Assembly: GCA_965237805.1 (NCBI GenBank)
Contig: OZ250153.1
Span: 1,469,043 to 1,533,042 of the forward strand
Source: Gammaproteobacteria bacterium
GTDB lineage: Bacteria; Pseudomonadota; Gammaproteobacteria; JABABF01
DNA length: 64,000 bases
Direction of reading: 5' to 3'
Part shown: piece by piece, positions 61,356 through 64,000 of the stretch
Position numbering within the stretch: position 1 is the first letter of the stretch
How the letters are laid out: each line of letters opens with the position of its first letter
The notes under the pieces: generated by a model
The model's input: only the letters and a program-made list of their open reading frames with translations
What the model was told of the DNA's origin: nothing
The model's database searches: none
Translations under genes and position numbers: made by a program

Positions 61356-64000
61356 GTGGATACCGCCGCCCTGCGCCGGGCTTTTCTGGATTTTTTCGAA
61401 GCCCACGGGCACCGCCGTGTGGACAGTGCTGCGCTGGTGCCGCAGCGCGACCCCTCGCTGCTGTTCACCAACTCTGGCATGGTGCAATTCAAGGACTATT
61501 TTTTAGGGCGCGCCGCGCCGCCCGCCCCCTGCCTAGTCACTGCCCAGCGCTGCCTGCGCGCTGGTGGCAAGCACAACGATCTCGACAATGTCGGCTATAC
61601 CAGCCGCCACCACACCTTCTTCGAGATGCTCGGCAATTTCTCTTTTGGCGACTACTTCAAGCAGCGCGCCATCGAGTTGGCATGGCAGTTCCTGACCGAT
61701 GCAGACAAGGGTTTGGGCTTGGATCGCCGCCATCTTTGGGTGACGGTCTACGGCGGCGGGCACCCCTTTGCCATTGACCCTGAGCGGGAAGAGTTTAGAG
61801 GGGATGAAATTAAACCAGATGAAGAGGCGCAGTCGATCTGGCTACAGCTGTTGCAGGACGCGGGCTTCAGTGAGGCAGAGGCCGAGCGGCGCGTGGTCCC
61901 GGTGCCCAGCAACGACAATTTCTGGATGATGGGAGACACCGGTCCCTGCGGGCCGTGCAGCGAGATCTTCTACGATCGCGATGCCGAGACCAGCGCCTTT
62001 CGCGGCAGGGAGGAAGCCCATGCCGACGACTGCGTCGAGCTGTGGAACTTGGTTTTCATGCAGTATCAGCGCGATGACAGCCGTGCGGTGGGAGCTCTAC
62101 CGCAGCCCTGCGTGGATACCGGCATGGGTTTGGAGCGCATCGCCGCTGTCACTCAAGGGGTGGCCGGTAACTACGATATCGACCTGTTCAGCTCTCTGAT
62201 GGCAGCGGTCGATGAGGTGGTGGTGGCGGCTGGTGGCGAGCGCGCCGAGGGCAGCTTCGGTGCCGCCCACCGGGTCGTCGCCGACCACCTGCGCGCGGCG
62301 GTGGGGCTGGTCGGCGACGGGGTGTTGCCGGACAACAGCGGCCGCGGCTATGTGTTGCGTCGCATCCTGCGCCGCGCTGTGCGCCATGCCCACCAGCTGG
62401 GGGCGAGCGAGCCGGTACTGGCGGACTTGGTGCCAGCAGCGCTGCACGAGATGACTCCGGCTTGGCCGGAGTTGACCGCGCGTGCCGGGGCGATCGCAGC
62501 TGTGCTGCGCCGTGAGGAGCAGCTTTTCGCACGTACGCTGGAGCAGGGGCTGGCAGTTTTTGAAGAGCAGGTGGTCGGGCTACGACACGGCGACGAGTTG
62601 ACGGGAGAGAAGATTTTCTTTCTCCACGACACCTTTGGTTTCCCGCGGGAGCTGACACGGGATCTGGCTGCCGAGCGTGGGCTGCGCTTTGATGAGAAGG
62701 GTTTTGATCTGGCGCTGATCAATCAGCGCCGTCACTCCGCTGGTCGCCCTCCGCTAGATCGGCATGGTGGCGTCGGCGAAAGCCTGTTGCAAGAGGGCGG
62801 ACACCGGGTGGGAGCAAGCCCCCCTGAGGTCCCTATCCCGCCATTGTTAATCCCAGCTCAAGGGCTGCCATTTTGCGGCGATACGGTCGATCTGACTCAT
62901 GGTGAACAACAACAGCAGTTTGGTCTTTTGCTTTTCATCCCTGATGAACCCTCGGAGTTTTCCCCTGACGTCATGGGATTCGATCCGGATCTGCTGGCGC
63001 GCGATCGGCACGTGCAGCTGAGCGGTGACGAATCTTGTTGGTTGCTACTGGATCGCAATCGTTTCTATGCCGAGGGGGGCGGGCAGGTCGGTGACACTGG
63101 GCGGCTACAGCTGGTAGGCAATAATGATGGGCAAGACACCGGAGGGGCACGTTTGGCGGTATTGGATACGCAGAAGTTAGAGATGTGGCCTGACGACCAT
63201 GCCCGGAATGATGAGGGGAGCTTGCTATGCACCTTTCTCAAGGTGCGACCTGTTGATGGCGGCACTGTCCAGCTGAAGAAGGATGACAAATTCCGCTTCA
63301 TCTTAGACCTTGATCGCCGCCGTGCCATCACCGCCAATCACTCCGCCACCCACCTGCTACACGCTGCCCTGCGGCGCGTGCTCGGCGAGCATGTGCGCCA
63401 GCGCGGCTCGCTGGTCAACGCTCAGATGACGCGCTTCGACTTCTCCCATCCGGAGCCGCTGTCCGAGTCGCAGTGGACCGCGATCGAGCGCTTGGTGCGG
63501 GAGCAGATTGACAAAAAACTGCCGGTTGAGATTGCGCAGCTGTCGCGGGAGGAGGCCGACCGAGCTGGCGCGATGGCGCTGTTCGGTGAGCAGTACGGCA
63601 AGCAGGTGCGCGTGCTCAGCATGGGTGCTGAGGATGACAGCGGACGCCCCTTCTCGGTAGAACTCTGCGGTGGCACCCATGTGCGGAACACCGGCGACAT
63701 CGAGGATTTCTGCCTGATCTCAGAGAGCGGCGTCGCCGCCGGGGTGCGCCGCGTCGTCGGCAAAGGCGGCGCGGCGGCGGCGGCACATCGCCGCGAGAGC
63801 GGCGAGCTGCTACAGCGGCTCGCCGACTGTTTGCGGGTCGCCGCAGCTGCCGACGCTCCCCCCATCGCTGTGCTCGAATCCCAGCTCGCCGCCCTGCAGG
63901 CTGATCTGCGTGCCTTGGAGCGTCACTGTGAGCTGTTGCGCGCCCGTCTGGCGCAGGGCGGCGGCGAGGCCCCGCCGCCGCCCGCCGCCAGCGCAGTGCC
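61356..64000 (+). CDS. alaS: Alanine--tRNA ligase, 3'-truncated by window edge
   Basis: GTG start gives VDTAALRRAFLDFFEAHGH... The class-II core (FTNSGMVQFKD, HHTFFEMLGNFSFGDYFK) and editing-domain HSATHLL/CGGTH are present. The frame stays open to the end of the window, which is why it is absent from the ORF track. Confidence 0.85.
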   Translation, partial: MDTAALRRAFLDFFEAHGHRRVDSAALVPQRDPSLLFTNSGMVQFKDYFLGRAAPPAPCLVTAQRCLRAGGKHNDLDNVGYTSRHHTFFEMLGNFSFGDYFKQRAIELAWQFLTDADKGLGLDRRHLWVTVYGGGHPFAIDPEREEFRGDEIKPDEEAQSIWLQLLQDAGFSEAEAERRVVPVPSNDNFWMMGDTGPCGPCSEIFYDRDAETSAFRGREEAHADDCVELWNLVFMQYQRDDSRAVGALPQPCVDTGMGLERIAAVTQGVAGNYDIDLFSSLMAAVDEVVVAAGGERAEGSFGAAHRVVADHLRAAVGLVGDGVLPDNSGRGYVLRRILRRAVRHAHQLGASEPVLADLVPAALHEMTPAWPELTARAGAIAAVLRREEQLFARTLEQGLAVFEEQVVGLRHGDELTGEKIFFLHDTFGFPRELTRDLAAERGLRFDEKGFDLALINQRRHSAGRPPLDRHGGVGESLLQEGGHRVGASPPEVPIPPLLIPAQGLPFCGDTVDLTHGEQQQQFGLLLFIPDEPSEFSPDVMGFDPDLLARDRHVQLSGDESCWLLLDRNRFYAEGGGQVGDTGRLQLVGNNDGQDTGGARLAVLDTQKLEMWPDDHARNDEGSLLCTFLKVRPVDGGTVQLKKDDKFRFILDLDRRRAITANHSATHLLHAALRRVLGEHVRQRGSLVNAQMTRFDFSHPEPLSESQWTAIERLVREQIDKKLPVEIAQLSREEADRAGAMALFGEQYGKQVRVLSMGAEDDSGRPFSVELCGGTHVRNTGDIEDFCLISESGVAAGVRRVVGKGGAAAAAHRRESGELLQRLADCLRVAAAADAPPIAVLESQLAALQADLRALERHCELLRARLAQGGGEAPPPPAASAV

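Noticed and set aside
61356-64000. Possible intein or frameshift in alaS
   Set aside because: The frame is continuously open, there are no C...HN intein splice-junction residues, and the extra residues are dispersed rather than a single block.

Overview
High-GC (~65-70%) chromosomal window, probably from a gammaproteobacterium (Ectothiorhodospiraceae-like sulfur oxidiser is a guess only). It consists almost entirely of conserved housekeeping synteny. Recognisable blocks, in order: mutM | ggt-coaD-rsmD | ftsE-ftsX-rpoH (no ftsY) | DUF423-trmB-cyt c5 | two tandem SDR paralogs | yifB | TorF-family porin + P-II (Tyr51->Ser variant) | DUF218 | yigB-xerC-yigA-dapF-lysA-lptM | rho | trxA (CRPC active site) | elbB | a sulfotransferase interrupted at a poly-C(10) tract, convergent with a PPOX-like protein and an ACAD-fold flavin monooxygenase | parC-serB | tRNA-Val | ctpA-envC-gpmI | rhodanese-dsbD | NhaP, GltS-FMN-domain protein, glnA | thiI-dtd-rpoD | tRNA(CAU) | ~650-bp low-GC remnant with a decayed alpha/beta-hydrolase gene | unknown 388-aa protein | fused 5-oxoprolinase | apbC-dcd | DUF3108/membrane/cyt b561 | purN-purM | DUF2066-hda | cysC-sat | SDR | M23 peptidase-Trm112-HIT | alaS (runs off the 3' end). 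There are no CRISPR arrays, intact mobile elements or obvious defence systems. The non-housekeeping signals are small-scale: a homopolymer-interrupted sulfotransferase beside a possible two-component flavin monooxygenase pair; a tRNA-adjacent foreign-DNA remnant; a duplicated ctpA fragment beside tRNA-Val; a 22-bp tandem repeat at the glnA stop/next-gene start junction; a P-II protein lacking the uridylylation tyrosine; and a thioredoxin with CRPC instead of CGPC. All calls rest on reading the six-frame translations and recognising family motifs. No database search was possible.
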